Shown here: positions 23,008-34,756 of the stretch, one piece after another | Position numbering within the stretch: position 1 is the first letter of the stretch | How the letters are laid out: every line of letters begins with the position of its first letter | NCBI GenBank assembly: GCA_047495785.1 | Contig: JBLDXI010000020.1 | Coordinates: 2,852,001-2,916,000, forward strand | DNA from: Lepidodermella squamata | Taxonomy: Eukaryota > Animalia > Gastrotricha | DNA: 64,000 bases | Direction of reading: 5' to 3' | Translations under genes and position numbers: made by a program | The notes under the pieces: model-generated | What the model was told of the DNA's origin: nothing | What the model saw: only the letters and a program-made list of their open reading frames with translations | Databases searched by the model: none

Positions 23008-25404
23008 CTATATTATAATCGCACTTGAACTAACAGACAAAACAAGCTCACCGATAGATACTACAATCATTTGATCGCAGAAACTTCGAGATGAAGTGAC
23101 TAGCATCAGTAAAATAATTGCGCACAAAATGACTGTAACGTTTGCCATTGCTATTCTCAGTCTTTTGCTTTGGGGAAGGTAATGCTGTGGTATGTCAAGC
23201 CCCCGTAAGTTGAATGCCAGCAAGCAACCTCCCAAAATGAGTATGGCATGAAGGGCAAGTATAGCCCCGAGCCAATACATTGAGTAAGCCGAAGAGCATG
23301 AAAGGCTTTCAGTATCAAAATAGCTATCCATTGCTGAATCAAAGTCTACTTCAGAGGTTTTCCTCACGGGAATCAACGGGTCAATAATAAGCCAAATTAC
23401 CGCAATCGCCATGTGCAGCAAGACAATAGATATAATAGTAAGGATTTTCTGAACATCAAACCACTGCTTGACGCTGTCTATGTAATCAGGACGCACAGAT
23501 GAACTCGGTGCTGCAGTCGTGTCACACTTATTATTAGCTTGCTTGTACTTCTGAAGGGCCCCAGATGAAGCGCTTTGAGAAATCTGCGGTTTCCTCGATT
23601 GCAAGTTCTTGTCAGCTCGAATCGCATTTGATCCGAAGTTACTTGGGACTGAACGAGCACCTTTCATCTTCGCAACATCGCTGATTTTCTTCAGAGCCAT
23701 AACAATGGTTACATCGAGAATAGCCAGACCCACAACAGATGGAATAACTTTAACACCACAGGATAAAGCAGGGAATGAATCTATGCAGCCAAACGAGATA
23801 GCCGCATCAAGATATAAGATTAAGCTACCGGAAAAAATGAGAGCTTTATAAGGCAGGTCACTGTTACTCTTATTTCGCTTGAATTTCGCAATAAACAATG
23901 CCACGGTGCCAATGAAGAAAACTGAAGCTAAAGCAGCGATGATAGATACAGCGGTCATCCCGCATTGAGACGCGAGATGAATCACTTTGGACAAATCCTT
24001 TGGTGGGCGCCCAGATTCCGTAAACCAAATTGGGCTGCTTTCGTACGAAAATATGTATCCGTTGATGTCCCATTGAGAATAATTACTGCTTTGGTTATAG
24101 ATAGCCCGAGCTACGACAGTTGGAGTATTGTTTGTCATTTGAGCGATTGACATCATTTCAGACACCGTCCCCAGATCTGTGTAAGACCATTTGCCAATGC
24201 GGAGACCAGTGTACTGAGAGAATATAGCCGTCTGGTTTGCGACAGTCTGGATTAGCCTTGGAAAATCAGTAAAATCTCTCAAGGTCATGTTGTAGTTCCT
24301 CTGCAGAGCGATTTCTGTCCTATGAAGAGTAAGAACGCCAGCCATTGCTGCGTCGTAGCATAAGTGTCTATAGGTGTAGTCTGCAGCTTTCACGTTGTTA
24401 GTTCTCAGATCATGCATTGTTTCGAAATCCTTCAAGGTATGACCGAGGCTTGTCACAACATTCGAGTTGGGGTCTGGGTTTTGGAAAGATCCTGTGAAAA
24501 ATCCGATTTTCAACTGCTCCAAAATGATATCTCGACTACATCCATCTGGTAGAGCGAGTGTCAGAGGGTCTATAGGGAAGAAGCACCAATAGAGAAAAAT
24601 TAGAACATAGTGAGGTGCTCGCATCCCTAATTGATATGTGTAGCACATGAATTTCGCGCATATCGGAATTTGAATCATGGAGAATGCAATCACTCTAGCC
24701 CCACTTTTCTTCACTTCCATCACAGAATCCAAAGTTACATCGTAGTCACTTGAGTAGTAAACAACATTGACCCCAGCTGTTGTAGCCACGCTGTAGAATC
24801 GTTGCCCTTGCATGAGTTCATTTATATTCCCAGCATAAGCGAGAAGTCCGACTTGGTTCCAATTGCCGATTCTCCTCATAATCGCCAGAGCAAGAACAGC
24901 TACGCTTTCCGTAGGCATTTGGACGGAGAACAATGTTTGAAACAACGAGTTTCGTTTCGACGTTATGAAAGCACCGCTACATTGCTCGGAGAAAGTTGTT
25001 AATTGCACAGTTCTCATCGCAAGACCGACGGTTTGGCACGCTACAGTTGGTCCCAAGTTTATAGGAGCAATGTAGTTACCATCTGGCCGTTCCTTTCGCA
25101 TAAATTTCATCAAATTGCGATTCGCATTGATGTTACCTGGGCCTTCATCTTCGATTTCTGGCACTACGTTGTAATCGGGGAGAATATCCGAACGAGCATT
25201 TACGTTTTCGATGACGATTTGCATCGCTGCTTCGCAAGATGGCCACGTGACTTCGCCGGCAGCATTTTTCGGAAAAAATCTCAACATTGTCAAATTGTAG
25301 CGTTTTGGCAGCGCCTCTGTACCAAGGGAAAAGGCAGCTATCAGCAGGGGAGTTATCATGGTATTTTGCAATGGTTTATTTCTCTGACGGAAAACGATGT
25401 CCAT
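23008..25404 (-). CDS. GABA-B-like class C GPCR, subtype D copy 1 (start may be ATG 25359)
   Basis: VNARSDILPDY, VKKSGARVI, YDAAMA, PPKD, WLIIDP and C..YWLG motifs. Confidence 0.85.
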   Translation of the reverse strand: MDIVFRQRNKPLQNTMITPLLIAAFSLGTEALPKRYNLTMLRFFPKNAAGEVTWPSCEAAMQIVIENVNARSDILPDYNVVPEIEDEGPGNINANRNLMKFMRKERPDGNYIAPINLGPTVACQTVGLAMRTVQLTTFSEQCSGAFITSKRNSLFQTLFSVQMPTESVAVLALAIMRRIGNWNQVGLLAYAGNINELMQGQRFYSVATTAGVNVVYYSSDYDVTLDSVMEVKKSGARVIAFSMIQIPICAKFMCYTYQLGMRAPHYVLIFLYWCFFPIDPLTLALPDGCSRDIILEQLKIGFFTGSFQNPDPNSNVVTSLGHTLKDFETMHDLRTNNVKAADYTYRHLCYDAAMAGVLTLHRTEIALQRNYNMTLRDFTDFPRLIQTVANQTAIFSQYTGLRIGKWSYTDLGTVSEMMSIAQMTNNTPTVVARAIYNQSSNYSQWDINGYIFSYESSPIWFTESGRPPKDLSKVIHLASQCGMTAVSIIAALASVFFIGTVALFIAKFKRNKSNSDLPYKALIFSGSLILYLDAAISFGCIDSFPALSCGVKVIPSVVGLAILDVTIVMALKKISDVAKMKGARSVPSNFGSNAIRADKNLQSRKPQISQSASSGALQKYKQANNKCDTTAAPSSSVRPDYIDSVKQWFDVQKILTIISIVLLHMAIAVIWLIIDPLIPVRKTSEVDFDSAMDSYFDTESLSCSSAYSMYWLGAILALHAILILGGCLLAFNLRGLDIPQHYLPQSKRLRIAMANVTVILCAIILLMLVTSSRSFCDQMIVVSIGELVLSVSSSAIII

Positions 25405-27905
25405 CAGATAAACAGGAGTTGCTTGAGTGCAATCTTTAATTATGGCGAAGTGCTTGGAATTAATTTAAAGAAAGAGTCTGATTTGAACACTCCTCTGCTT
25501 TTTAAATCAAAATCCGGAGCAAATAATCAATAAAATGTCCCTGTTTTCCTGAGATGAGCTTTCGTATAATTTGATGAAGGCGGAGTATGTATCTGGAATT
25601 AATTCGAATAATGTGTTGAATTTTGAACACTCCACCAAAAAATCATCTGAATGAGAAAAGTCAAGAATTTAATGACCCTGCTGAATGCTGAAATTTTAAC
25701 GTCACGCCGCGAACATCAGCTAATCTTCTACCTAGTCATTCCTTATAGCGAAAATTTTTGCTTCATTATTGCCTTTGTAAAAATAACTCCAAGTCTACTC
25801 TAACCCTCTTTGACCGGCATATAGAAATATGCACTTGGAGAATCGGGCCTAGGGGTAACCTGGTCCGCTGATCTAGAATCTGGATATATTTTTTTATATA
25901 TTGATAACGGGCAGGTTGTTACGTAACTTTAAAAAATGCTTGAGAATCTACAGATCTCGTAAACTGTAACTGTGAATCTGAAACGGATTTCACTAGCTTC
26001 ATCTTCGCATAGGAAAACCTAGGAATCCTCGGAAGCATAAATATTCACTCAGGTTGGGATAATTGGTGTTACGTAAGCTAATTACCTAATTAGTGACTAA
26101 TTGACTGGATGACGGGGAACTCCCGTCGTTGTGGGGCATGTTCCGTTCCGTCGGTCCGTCAGTCCGTCCGTCGTCAAAGTTGTATGTGTTAGTTGATAGT
26201 GTGTCAAAAAATGAGTCTTTTGTTACAATGTGTGTGTAGCAGTAAAAAATGAGTTGTCGTGTGACGGGGCGTGTTGTCCTGGGGTGTGTTCCGTTTTGTC
26301 GGTCCGTCGGCAAAAAGCATCAGTAGGGAGTGTTAAATAATTAATCCCATTTACAGCAGGATTAGGGTGTGCCAGTTGCCGCGCAATTGTGCGCACGACA
26401 TCGACATGGCGTCTTTCAATCGTCTTTCACCTGTTTTCAATCCTATGAAAAAGCTTCCGCACACCTGCTATTCGTACTATTTTAGCTTGTTCGACATGGC
26501 AACTTTAAACTACGGCTAACAGTAATAGAACATTCCCAGACCCGCTTACGTTTTCGTTTGCGCGCTATTTTTACCGAATACATGATTAGCAAATGTGACA
26601 TTCGTGATTTGTAGCTTGAATTGAAGCCCACCTGAGCAACAATACATTGATTTGCAAGCCAATCTCAAATAATAGCCCCGGCTTCTACGTAACTTGATAA
26701 GCTGCGTGATATGGACCCTAATGCCAACTGGTGTAGGTGGCGGTTACCGAATGGTTCTCAAGGATCAATTCCATCCGGGAATTACGCCGTCGTCGCGCGA
26801 CACGCTACATTGGCGCAAAGCCAAGGATGTGCACGAAAACGTTATACTTGGGTCTTAGGTTATGCATGTTCAAGGTCACACCTGCCCACGTACTTGACAA
26901 AGTCACGGAGTTCCTCGGCTACTGTCAAAGACCGCAGGCCGACAGTGGTAATCCTTCCAGCTTTTTTGACACGGAAGGATGAGGTGATAACATGGAAATG
27001 TGCCTTATGTGTTATATGCCATTGGAAAGCTCGACGAACGGATATTCCGTTTTCATACGTCGCATCTCATTTTTGGAGTCTGATAGGCGAAAATAATTGA
27101 GTTAGATTGAATGTTACACCCGTGTAACCCACGGCTAAAGAGGGCTAAAATGAGAGGCAATGTCAGAGCAGAAATACCTAATTTCGGCCGCTAGGACCAA
27201 ACTTCGGCCACCGGATGAAATTCGGACACTAACAGTTATTTTCACGCAGCTCAAGATGCAATCTGTGAGCCAACCTGTTTCGTGATTTTTCAAGCACGTG
27301 ATCACAAAAAAATATTCTAAATGCGGGCGAGGGTGGCTCTCGGCTCTCATGAGTGCTTTGCTACCATAAACAATAGAGGTTCAGGCAACACGTTATCACG
27401 GAAAAGCTCAAATGTAAAGCAACGAAGTCGATTTCCACACTAAGCTTGCCGAGACGAATTTAACGGTAACAAACTTGGGGTATTACCGTAGCTGAATAAG
27501 GTGGCCGAGATTAGGGCACCCGGTTCCCTAATTCCGGACAGGATTCTGGCTGACGACAAAATTAGCCATAAATCAAGGCAAAATCGTCCGGACTTCAAGA
27601 AACCGGCATTCGATATAGCCCAAAGTACTGTCTATAATTCTGTATTTTTCGAATATTTTCTAAAAATTCACCTGGCTAGGGAAACCCCAAAAACGGCTGA
27701 ATATTGAGCGCGTTGTTCTATTTTGACATAATTTCAAAATAAAGCCAAGAAAATGTCGATTTTACTCATGATTTCTTTTCATAATTATTAGGAAACATGA
27801 ATAACTAGTCAATATTTTGAAAACTACAACAACAATGTTGGAAAGGATTTTATTCGTATGCGAAAAATCGCACATTAGTGAATCCATCTTCTGCTCTTAC
27901 AAATC

Positions 27906-30296
27906 CTATAATATTGTAATCGCACTTGAACTAGCAGACAAAACAAGCTCACCGATAGAAAATACAATCATTTGATCGCAGTAACTTCGAGATGAAGTTA
28001 CTAGCATTAGTAAAATTATTGCACAAAAGATCATGGCTACATTTGCCATTGCTATTCTCAGTCTTTTGCTTTGGGGAAGGTATTGCTGTGGTATGTCAAG
28101 CCTCCGTAGCTTGAATGCCAGTAAGCAACCTCCTAAAATGACAAGAGCATGAAGGGCGAGTAGAGCCCCGAGCCAATACATGGAGTGAGCCGAAGTGCAT
28201 GAAACGCTCTCCGTGTCGAAGTAGCTATCCAAAGCAGTATCAAAATCGATTGTTGAGATTTTACTCGCTGGCACCAATGGATCAAAAATTAGCCAAGTTA
28301 TCGCGATTGCCATATGCATCAAGACGAGCATAATTATAAAAATTATTTTCCGCATATCAAACCATTGCTTAACGGCTTCTTCACTGTCAGGACGTGCTTG
28401 TGCAGAAGAATGGGCCGCTATAGTCACATCTTGAATTTTATTGCTTGCTTGCTTTCTGGACATCATTGGAGACTTCTCGAGAATGCCAGCAGAAGATGCT
28501 TTTATGTTGCTCTTCGGTGCTTTCTTCTTCGAGCCAAAGTTACTTCGACCCGAAGATCCAGAATGGGCGACTTTCGCTTTTGAAACCTCACCTATTTTCT
28601 TCAGAGCCGAAATGATTGTTGCGTCGAGGATAGACAAGCCAAGAACAGGCAAAATGACTTTAATACCGCACGAAAGGGCTGGAAATGAGTCCATGCTGCC
28701 GAAAGAAATCGCAGCTTCAAAGTATAGAGGCAAGCAACCAATGAAAATAAGAGTCTTCAAGGGCAAATCCTTGTTTTTCCTATTCTGTTTCAATTTGGCA
28801 ATAAACAAGGTTGCAGAAACAATTGAGAAACTTATAGCTAGCGCAACGATGACAGATGTAGAGACAACGCCACATTGAGACTTAAGGTGAATCACTTTGG
28901 ACAAATCTTTAGGCGGAGCGCCAGATGTCGTGAACCAGATAGGACTATTCTGAGGCGAAAATGTGTAGCCTTTCAAGTCCCACTGAGAAAAGCCGCTACT
29001 TTCGTTGTAGATGGCACGAGCAACTACCATCGGGGTGTTATTTATCATTTGAGCGATCGACATTAGTTCCGACATCGTCCCCAAATCTGTGTAAGACCAT
29101 TTGCCAATCCGCAGGCCAGTATATTGATATGTCAAAACCGTTTGATTAGCAACATATTGCACGAGCCTTGGATAGTCATTGAAATCTCTCAAGCTCATGT
29201 TGTAGTTCATCTGCAGAGCGATTTCTGTCCTATGAAGTGTTAGAACGCCAGCCATAGCTGCGTCGTAGCATAGGTGTCTATAGGTGTAGTCTGCAGCTTT
29301 CACGTTGTTAGTTCTCAGATCATGCATTGTTTCGAAATCGTTCAGGTTATGACCGAGACTTGTCAGCACATTCGAGTTGGCGTCGGGGTTTTGGAAAGAT
29401 CCTGTGAAAAATCCGATTTTCAACTGCTCCAAAATGATTTCCCGACTGCATCCTTCTGGCAGTGAGATCGTCAGAGGATCTGTTGGGAAGAAGCACCAAT
29501 ACAGGAAAATGAATACGTAGTAAGGAGCCCGCATCCCTAATTGATATGCATAACACATGAATTTGGCACACATTGGGATTTGAACCATTGAAAATGCAAT
29601 CACTCTCGCACCACTTTTCTTCACTTCCATCACTGAATCCAAGGTTATATCGTAGTCGCTCGAGTAGTGGAGAACGTTTATTCCATCGGCTGTAGCCACG
29701 CTGTAAAAGCGTTGTCCTTGCATTAGTTCATTGATATTCCCTGCAAAGGCGAGGATTCCGACTTGGTTCCAATTACCCATTCTCCTCAGAATCGCCAAAG
29801 CAAGAACTGCGACGGTTTCCGTCGGCATTTGTACGGAGAAAAGCGTTTGAAACAACGAGTTTCGCTTTGAAATTATGAAAGCACCACTGCATTGTTCGGA
29901 GAAGGTTGTCAAGTATACAGTTCTAATCGCTAAGCCTGCGATTTGGCAAGCAGCTGTTGGTCCCAGGTTTACAGGGGCAATGTAATTGCCGTCTGGTCGT
30001 TCTTTCCTCAGGAATTGTATCAGATTTCGATTTGCATTGGTGTTGCCAGGGCCTTCGTCCTCAATTTCTGGCACGATGTTGTAGTCGGGCAGAATATCCG
30101 ACCGAGCATTAACGTTTTCGATGACAATTCGCATCGCTGCCTCGCAAGATGGCCACGTGACCTGGCCAGCAGCATTCTTAGGTAGGAACCTCAACAAAGT
30201 CAGATTGTACTGTTTCGAGGCTGCTCGTACCTCGATAAGAGCGGCTGAAATCAGCAACAGAATCACGATTTCCCTGGTCACTCGTCTCATCTTCAT
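27906..30296 (-). CDS. GABA-B-like class C GPCR, subtype D copy 2
   Basis: Intact 796-aa paralog of 23008-25404. Confidence 0.85.
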   Translation of the reverse strand: MKMRRVTREIVILLLISAALIEVRAASKQYNLTLLRFLPKNAAGQVTWPSCEAAMRIVIENVNARSDILPDYNIVPEIEDEGPGNTNANRNLIQFLRKERPDGNYIAPVNLGPTAACQIAGLAIRTVYLTTFSEQCSGAFIISKRNSLFQTLFSVQMPTETVAVLALAILRRMGNWNQVGILAFAGNINELMQGQRFYSVATADGINVLHYSSDYDITLDSVMEVKKSGARVIAFSMVQIPMCAKFMCYAYQLGMRAPYYVFIFLYWCFFPTDPLTISLPEGCSREIILEQLKIGFFTGSFQNPDANSNVLTSLGHNLNDFETMHDLRTNNVKAADYTYRHLCYDAAMAGVLTLHRTEIALQMNYNMSLRDFNDYPRLVQYVANQTVLTYQYTGLRIGKWSYTDLGTMSELMSIAQMINNTPMVVARAIYNESSGFSQWDLKGYTFSPQNSPIWFTTSGAPPKDLSKVIHLKSQCGVVSTSVIVALAISFSIVSATLFIAKLKQNRKNKDLPLKTLIFIGCLPLYFEAAISFGSMDSFPALSCGIKVILPVLGLSILDATIISALKKIGEVSKAKVAHSGSSGRSNFGSKKKAPKSNIKASSAGILEKSPMMSRKQASNKIQDVTIAAHSSAQARPDSEEAVKQWFDMRKIIFIIMLVLMHMAIAITWLIFDPLVPASKISTIDFDTALDSYFDTESVSCTSAHSMYWLGALLALHALVILGGCLLAFKLRRLDIPQQYLPQSKRLRIAMANVAMIFCAIILLMLVTSSRSYCDQMIVFSIGELVLSASSSAITIL

Positions 30297-31738
30297 TCAC
30301 AGTCTGTGCAAATCATGCAATGATGCAATGTTTTTCTGAGACTCAACCTTCCAGATTTTCCAATTAAGGTGGAGTGTGCGTAGAATTAATCCGAATAATG
30401 TGTTGATTTTCGAACACTCCTCCAATAAATAAAACGTCAGTATGAGATAAATTAGGTACGATTAGATCTTTCACATCGAATCCGTCTGACTATCTCTTTT
30501 ATTCCTCTTACACAGCAAGAGTGAGCTACTCTCGAGTCTCGTGTTTCATGCTTATAACCGCCGTCAGCCGTCTCTCAAAATGGTACGGGATGATGAGAAT
30601 CCTAATTACACACTTTTTTCATGTTTCAAAATGCGTACATTTAATTTGAGCTAAAAGCCCATATTTTTCCTAATTTTCTCATTTTGCTTATTATACAGAG
30701 GGAAGAAAATGGAGAACGCAGAAAAAAAACAGGGCGCTGATTTAGGCGTAAAAGCTAGTTGTTCAAAACGAAGGTTCACTAAGTTTTGAACAGCTTCTGC
30801 CTGAATCGGCGGGTTCCAATAAATACAGGCTGATTCAGGCTTTTGCAAACAATTGTTGGTGGTTTCGTTGGCGAAAGCTCCAATTTGATGGTAGACAACC
30901 TGAATTAAAATTTTAGGGTTTGATGGTGAACGTCCCTGAAATTGATGGTGAAAAGCCCAAATTTGATGGTAGGCAAATTTAAACCCGATTGATTTCATTG
31001 GATAACATAGGTAATTGCTGAAATAAATTGGAAAACCATTTCGGTTCAACTTGTTTTGAAATTTTTTGAAATTGTGATTTCAAATGCTGAAAAATTGAGC
31101 CGATATGGCTTTCCAATGGGAGCCTCCTATAGAGGTCTTAGAAAATTCTCTACGATTACAAGTCAAGTCACCCTTTTGCCAATTGCTGGGAAATACAGAA
31201 AATACTGTAACGCGGTCCTTTTTCGAACACTTTTGGCTTTGAGCGTGAGTTTCTCCTCAACCCTGGTAGATAGAGATAACATTCAAAATGCAGAAGATAG
31301 CCCAGAATCTCGTCTTTCAAATGACACATGAGAAACAGATTAGTTAAGGAAGAATGGTTGTACTTCTTCGCAGGTGCGCCAAGGTGAAAAATTGCCAACT
31401 TTTTCAAATGGCAGTAATTTTCATGGCCATCACAAAATTAAGCCAGAAAAACATGTTTTTGTGCGAATTAAGACCACGTTACAGTACAAAAGTTCGAAAG
31501 ACGAGCAATTTTATGCATAAATTCCAGTATCTTTATACTCCGGCATTAGAAAACTATTCACCCGCAAAGCCGAATAGTCCGAAAAGTTTTAAATTAAATC
31601 AAATTTCGTTGTTTAATCAAGGCATTCTTGTATTCAAAATGACAAAATGACGACCAATTTTTATTTATTTCATAGGTAATTATTAGCAAACATGAACAGC
31701 TTCTCAGTATTTTAAAACCACAACAAAAATGTTCAAAA

Positions 31739-33925
31739 CTATTTTTTCGATGACATCAATTTATCAATGACACACTGCGTCGATTTTCTAGCCGCGTCAA
31801 GGTCGTTGAAAGACAGCTGATTGCGCGCACAAAACGCCGCAAACATTTTACAACTCGCAAAATCGTCAAAATCCCGCTCATCCCGCCTGTCACGAATAAA
31901 CTCGTGATCAGGCTCCAGCATAGCAACCGATCTCGAACCAGCCAAATTGACATTGGGCGGGTGAAAATTGATGATGTAGACGAATCGTTTTTCCAACAAA
32001 TTTTCAACGAGTAAAATGTCCGAAACTAGGCGACGATTCGGCGCGTTCGCAGCCATTCGAACCCACTCTGGAATGGGGCGTTTCATGATTGAGCCCGCGG
32101 CCTTCTCAAACCACCGGCACGGGTTCTCGTCGAAAACATCGACGACAATAGGCATGAGATCGAAGGACATGCAAAATCGATCCGCAACCGTGTAATACCG
32201 ATCGAGAAAGCCGAGCCGGCCTGCGTCCTCGAAAATGGACATCAGCCATTCGTTTGAGAATTGGATCGAGCCAGCGCCAAAGAAGGACGCCTCGGGCAGG
32301 GCGGTTTTGTGAGTATTGACGTTAGCCAGCATTTGGGTTGAAAAAATGACTTGGTCGAAGCCGGACGCTTTCGCGTACAAGAAATACGCGAGTAGTAATT
32401 GGCAGAATAATTCCGAGTGTAAGGTATCGTCGACGCCTTGTAGAAAGCCGGGCGCGCCGAAGTTTGAGATGAAAACGCGGCGTTTATTGGCATCGGGCGT
32501 GTTAGCGTCGGTGAATTCTTGAACGAAAAGGCCGAAGACGAGGTAGTAAAAGCCGGCGATTTCTTCGAATAGGAATATTGTCTTGATTGTTGATTCGATG
32601 GCGGATTCTGAAGGTCTGAGGTTGAGCAAATCTTGCACGAATTGGGACTTGAACTAAAAAAACCAAAATAAAAAAATCAAACATAAAATAATAATTGAGG
32701 AAATTAACTAATTAACTAAGTCCCAAATTTTGACAAAAAAAGTTGTTGGAAGAAGAATAATTTTCTAAAATGAATGTTGTCGTGGTATTCGATAAGTTTT
32801 GAAAAATTGCAAAAAATGGCCCATGAATTTTGAAGAATATCGAACGTGTACATTTTCATAAAAAAAAATTGATGTGTCAATAAATAAATAATTTTTTCCG
32901 GCCAAATTTTGCGAAAAAATATCTTAAGCTAAAAACGGAAAATAACCGGAATAATAATTGTTGAGAGAAACCCAAAACGTCGCGGAACATAATTTAGGGT
33001 GCGTATTACGTGTCGCGCTTTGCCTAATTTGCGCGCAACCTTCTGTTATGCGCGACATTCGAATTATTTTGCGCGACGCTTGTCCAAGACTCGTAATTTT
33101 TAAGTATAATTTTTTGCAAAAATGATATCATTTTCCTCACCTCAGTCGATGTTTTCGAAGCTGAAACCATTCGAACGGCAATCTTGACGTCGTTTAAATT
33201 TTTCGCGGTAAGAAATTCGTTGATTTTCTTCTCGATCAAGCTGCCTAGAAACGTCTTCGGCAAACCTAAATATCAATAACGAAAATTTATAATAAAACCA
33301 TAATAAATATCTCTAAATTTTACTTTGAGCAGTATTAAATGGCGTTAATTTCGGCATTGACGGATCCGTAGACGCCTCGGGCGATTGTTGAACCGGAGTA
33401 TCCGGCAGCGGCGAGACCATGGTAGAGATAGACGAGATCCAAGTTCTGTTCGGCGGCGGCGGAGCAGGAGGGTAGCTGAACGCGTAGTCACCCATCGCCG
33501 AATGCGGCGGGGTCGGAACAGCCGTCGACAAGCCAGAGTCGCTGCGAGGCGCCCCGGGTGATGCGGGTGCTGAATGCGTCGGCAGGGGTGACGGGGCAGG
33601 GACACCAGGTGGGGGCATGCTGAATTGCGCCGGGTTCATAGGCAATTTCAACGGCTCCATCCCGTTCAAAGTCTTGCCATGCGCGTGAAGTTGATGAGCT
33701 GTTAACGCCAAACCGCTTGGCCAGATGGTTAGACACAACTGTAAATTCGGAAAAATATTCAATTTTCGATTATATTTTCAAATTAATTTTGAATACCTCG
33801 CATTGGAACACGCGTATGTTAACCGCGCTATTGAACTGCTTTTGAATGCTGAGCTGGCCGTGTTGACGCGAACTTGGCCGGTTGCCATGCGAAGATTGCG
33901 GCCGGAGTGTCTTCTCGTTACCCAT
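31739..33925 (-). CDS. C2H2 zinc finger - degenerate p300/CBP HAT (KAT11) fusion, gene 1; exons 33925-33797, 33738-33324, 33265-33141, 32653-31739 (527 aa)
   Basis: All GT-AG junctions are phase-compatible; finger FQCE|LCLTIWPSGLALTAHQLHAH; HAT-like LPKTFLGSLIEKKINEFL..VRMV, KTIFLFEEI..FGLFVQEF..NKRRVFIS and LSFNDLDAARKST. Confidence 0.75.
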
Positions 33926-34756
33926 GTAACAATCGATTGTGTTTAAAGCGTTCTGATTAAATTTAAATCGATACGAAAATCGCACGTGTTGCGAAACGAC
34001 TTTTGTGTTCCAATTGTAAATTTCAACCGTGTTTCGCAATTATTTGTTGACTTAGTGCCTTGTTGCGATGAGGTGCGACACTTGTCGGTAATCAGAGGCC
34101 GCGGATTAGCAGCCTAATCCGCACCTTGTGTTGACGCCAAGACGCTCTCTTGTTTTCAAACACGCGCAAGACCTGTCCTCTCGATCGTTTTAATAAACCG
34201 CCAATTACTTCATTATATTTTCGACAGGCAAATATCGCAATAATGCGCCAAGTCTCGTTAAACACCGGTGTCAAGGTTGAACTTGTAAAAACTAATTAAA
34301 ATCAAAGCAAGCAATAAAGCTGAAACTGCGCGAAATTTACAAAAAAAATGGCTGAAAAGATTGGAAAACCAATTCGACTCAATTTTTGAAATTTTCGAGA
34401 AAGAAAAATTTCAAAATTTGAAAATTCTGAGAAATGGGATTTCAAATTTTTTTAAATTCTAATTTCAATTTTTCAGAATTTTAAAATTTTAAAATTTCAA
34501 TGTTGATTTTTTAGAATTTTTTCAATTTTCGAGAAATTAAAATTTTAAAATTCTGAAAAATTACAATTATATTTTACTAATTTTTTAATTCTAACTAAAT
34601 TCAAATATTCGAAAAATTTTCGCCATGAAAGTCCCAAATTATCTCGGCAAATATTCAACAATTTTGCGCTGTTTTGGCAGACATGATCATTTTTTGGCAT
34701 TAAAAAGCGGGAAAGCAGCATTCATAACTTGTTCAATGTCTCGAAAATATATCGCA

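Noticed and set aside
25780-27850. Short ORFs and GTCC-type repeats between the D genes
   Set aside because: Probably non-autonomous repeat debris; no termini or protein motifs could be established
30830-31000. AATTGATGGTGAAA-type repeats, also near 58640-58920
   Set aside because: Likely a dispersed MITE family; boundaries not definable and no evidence of a link to the adjacent ZF-HAT genes
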